Shown here: positions 17,090-20,000 of the stretch, in pieces
Position numbering within the stretch: position 1 is the stretch's first letter
Layout: each line of letters begins with the position of its first letter
Assembly (NCBI GenBank): GCA_051942245.1
Contig: JAVECL010000005.1
Location: 117,828 to 137,827 of the forward strand
DNA length: 20,000 bases
Source: Trypethelium eluteriae
Taxonomy: Eukaryota
Reading direction: 5' to 3'
Notes under the pieces: generated by a model
Databases searched by the model: none
What the model was told of the DNA's origin: nothing
The model's input: only the letters and a program-made list of their open reading frames with translations
Position numbers and translations under genes: made by a program

Positions 17090-17977
17090 ATGCGTCTATC
17101 ATTTTTCGTTTTAGCCTCCGGCATCTCCTTTTGCTCGGCAAGTTTTAAGTCTCATAGCCATCATGACCCTTCTTTGCCATTCAGCACACACGAGCCACAT
17201 AGTTCCATTCTATCTAGCCACTCAACAACTCAGAGCGTTCTTGATGAAGTCGGCACTCCTAGTTCCACACCCGACGCCTCAACTCTTTCATCCTCGACGA
17301 GCGGCGATGAGGCGACACCAGACACACCATCGAGTAGTCCTACCTTATCAACTATAAGCAATACTGCAACCTCAGCAATTTCCACCATCAGCACCGCTCC
17401 TCCACCTCTGACAAGTTTCAAAACTTCTGGTACTCCAACGACTCGGAGCAGCTCCTCTACGTACATTAGTTCCGAAGCTTCGGACACTACGAATAGCAGA
17501 AACAGTCCATCTACTTCAGCTACCTCGACTAGCAGGGAGACTTCTTCTGCCATTGACAGCCCCGCCACGTTGGGTCCATCATCCAGCAGCTACGCTTCCT
17601 CTTTCCCCACAAGTTCTGAGACGTCCGAGGCCTCTAATCCTAGCGATTCCTCTGCGCTCGCTAGCTCCAGAACGACAGATACTCCGATTATTAGTGACTA
17701 TCTCCTTTCTTCAATAAGTTCAGAGATGTCAGAGATGCCAGGGATTTCGACTAGCAACGACGTCCCCAGCCCTGAAGACAGTTCCGCCACTTCTACAACG
17801 GAGGCCCCATTAACAACTCCTGATCTGCCTTCTATGCCAGATCCTGGCTCTGGTGCATCCGTCACAGGAGCGAGCTCGGAGGTCAATGGCACCGCAGCAA
17901 CGGGTGCCCCTCAGCTGCCAGTGAACAGAACAAACTCTGCTGTGCCTCAGGCCATGTATGCTCGAGGTTTCATGTAA
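17090..17977 (+). CDS. Secreted Ser/Thr/Pro-rich mucin-like (cell-surface) protein, ~295 aa; 3' end may be spliced
   Basis: ATG at 17090 begins a signal-peptide-like MRLSFFVLASGISFCSA, followed by a long S/T-rich low-complexity body with NGT/NRT sequons. No hydrophobic GPI tail. A possible intron at 17956-18017 would extend it to 18072. Confidence 0.75.
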   Translation: MRLSFFVLASGISFCSASFKSHSHHDPSLPFSTHEPHSSILSSHSTTQSVLDEVGTPSSTPDASTLSSSTSGDEATPDTPSSSPTLSTISNTATSAISTISTAPPPLTSFKTSGTPTTRSSSSTYISSEASDTTNSRNSPSTSATSTSRETSSAIDSPATLGPSSSSYASSFPTSSETSEASNPSDSSALASSRTTDTPIISDYLLSSISSEMSEMPGISTSNDVPSPEDSSATSTTEAPLTTPDLPSMPDPGSGASVTGASSEVNGTAATGAPQLPVNRTNSAVPQAMYARGFM

Positions 17978-18689
17978 TAGTTCGGAAGAGATGTTTTCTT
18001 CCGTGAGCTTGCTCTAGGAAAGAATATTCTTGCAAGTGCACCGAGTTTTGGGGCGGGAGAATTGCGATATAGCAGCGTTTACAGGGACGTAGCGTTTGGG
18101 TAATATGTTTTCGTGAACTGTCAACAGTCTGAACCACTAGACAAGTATACACAACGTATCTCATAACATTGAATGGACGTTGAACATTTGCAAAGTCTCG
18201 GGGGAATTGGAGTGGCGTGAGAACACTTGGTGTGGTGAAATTGTACATGTAGGCCATAGGGAACCACTGATCAGCCAAGTGCTCCTTTGTGTACTCTAAG
18301 GTGCTTGGCTTGCAGGTCGCCAGTTAGAGGTTACTGTAAGGTGGTACTCTAACGTGCATCTGAGTGATGCGGACAAAATATTGACAGTCGTCATAGCGCC
18401 CCTCGGAGCCGCAACTGCATCGACGAATCTGAGCTGACAACAACGACACCAGATTCACAGCCTCCTGCAGTGATTTGAGGTTTCTATTGCTATGTGAATC
18501 ATTTCAGATCAGTCAGCGCTTCTATGTCGCCTCATCGGCAGCCCACATATACCACCCGAACTTCCACTACATTGGCGCCTACTGCGTCTCGAAATAACTT
18601 CAGCCACACTCACGTGCACCACGACTCTCTCAACTCAGCGCTAGAAAACTTCTTCTTACTGGAAAGGAAGCAAGCGGACCTAAGCAGCC

Positions 18690-20000
18690 ATGCCGTCCAT
18701 TCTATCAGAAGAGGACAAGGAAACAGTTCGCAGAACCGTTCCAAAACCATCCAACAAGATACATGCTGTAGCCGTGGCGAAGCTATATGTAGCATACCCG
18801 AACAAGAACAGATGGACCTACACAGGACTCCAAGGTGCTGCCGTTCTTGCAAATGATAAAGTGGGCAATACCTATTGGATCAAGCTAGTAGACGTATCTG
18901 TACGTGGCTAAAATGCACTCGTCCTGATGTCAAAACTAATGTAATCGGCAGCCAGCGAGTAAAGGAGTGATATGGGACCAGGAAATCTACGACACTTTCT
19001 CATATAATCAAGACCGCACATTCTTCCATACTTTCGAACTTGAAGACTGCCTAGCTGGGTTGTCGTTCGCAGATGAAAAAGAAGCAAAGAAATTCAAGCA
19101 GAAGGTAGACGAACGGGAAAAGAATGCCGACAAGGGCACAAGAAACAAGGCTTTTGGTGCAGCAGCAGGCTCTGTCACAAACGGAGCTAGCGATGGAGGC
19201 CACCATCATTCGCGATTCGGCCTTGGAAACCTCTTTGGTAGACATTCATCCACGGCGAGCCACAGACCTTCCCCAGCATCTCCTCTACATCCTCGTGATT
19301 CTACCACGCCTACACCTAAAAGCCCTCCACGATCAAGAGCAGTGTCTACAGTGGATTTGTCTGATCCTGCCGTCCAAGCTGTGGTGAAGGACCTAAAGTC
19401 GATGGGCATATCGGAGGACCAGATTGATGAGAACGCAGACTTCATCAAAAAGTACATTGATCAGAATAAGGCGAATGGCTCCGTCCCTGCAATTGGAGGT
19501 CGGGGAGCTCCCCCAACCCCACCAGCAGCGCCTCCTGGAGGAAGACCTTCTCTAAGTCCACAAAACACCGGCAGCACAACTTCCAGTCGAGGGCCAGCCC
19601 CTGCACCACCACCGGCACGAAGAAAGGGTGGCCGTGGGGCTCCTCCAAGACCACCATCGCCGAAAAGGACACCTACGCCACCCCGCGAACCTTCTCCGCC
19701 TCCGGGACCTCCTCCGAATAAATTTAGAGCTCCACCTCCACTTGCCGAAGCTGGTAAATTTGCGGCTGCGAACGCGCCTCCCCCTCCGGCAAGGAATCGT
19801 GCATCTTCGAACAACCAAGCCTTTCCAGGGCCGCCGCCTCCTCCACGACCTCCAAAAACGCCCCTGGACGAGCAGGAAGATAGCGGACACAAGTTTGGAG
19901 TCCCACCTCCTTTCACTGGCCAACGTGCTCCAGCTCAACCCCCTCCCACACCACAACGTGGATCCGTCCCTCCTCCACCACCGCGGGAGACGCCACCGAC
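18690..20000 (+). CDS. LAS17: Actin nucleation-promoting factor Las17/Wsp1 (WASP homolog), 5' part; exons 18690-18899, 18952->20000
   Basis: WH1 domain (MPSILSEEDKETVRRTVPKPSNKIHAVAVAKLYVAYP...WIKLVDVS|PASKGVIWDQEIYDTFSYNQDRTFFHTFELEDCLAGLSFADEKEAKKF), intron GTACGT..ACTAAT..CAG at 18900-18951, then polyproline tracts open to the window end. Confidence 0.96.

Noticed and set aside
18494..18856. Out-of-frame ORF overlapping the LAS17 start
   Set aside because: TSS is unknown and the peptide is featureless, so it cannot be supported as a uORF.

Overview
Gene-dense eukaryotic DNA from a filamentous ascomycete (Pezizomycotina-type genes with short GT-AG introns and CTRAY-like branch sites). No transposon, CRISPR, rRNA or convincing tRNA was seen. 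Genes left to right: (-) chitin synthase activator CHS4/SKT5 (3 exons, Sel1 repeats, C-terminal CVIM CaaX box recovered only after splicing); (+) 5-exon CBP4 complex III assembly factor, absent from the ORF track; (-) 389-aa acidic orphan; (-) RAD1/XPF nuclease; (+) DHA1/YCR023C-like MFS transporter; (-) 288-aa hypothetical protein; (+) eIF1A; (+) secreted Ser/Thr-rich mucin-like protein; (+) 5' part of LAS17/WASP. The best lead is the 288-aa protein, whose central domain aligns by eye with bacterial RNase P protein RnpA, making it a candidate nuclear-encoded subunit of mitochondrial RNase P. Other leads: a ~130-nt nested hairpin between CHS4 and CBP4, a frameshifted EGF-like motif after the mucin ORF, a prion-like N-terminus on Chs4, a CRIB-less GBD remnant in Las17, and signs of unannotated spliced transcripts. 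All homology calls come from motif recognition, not database searches.
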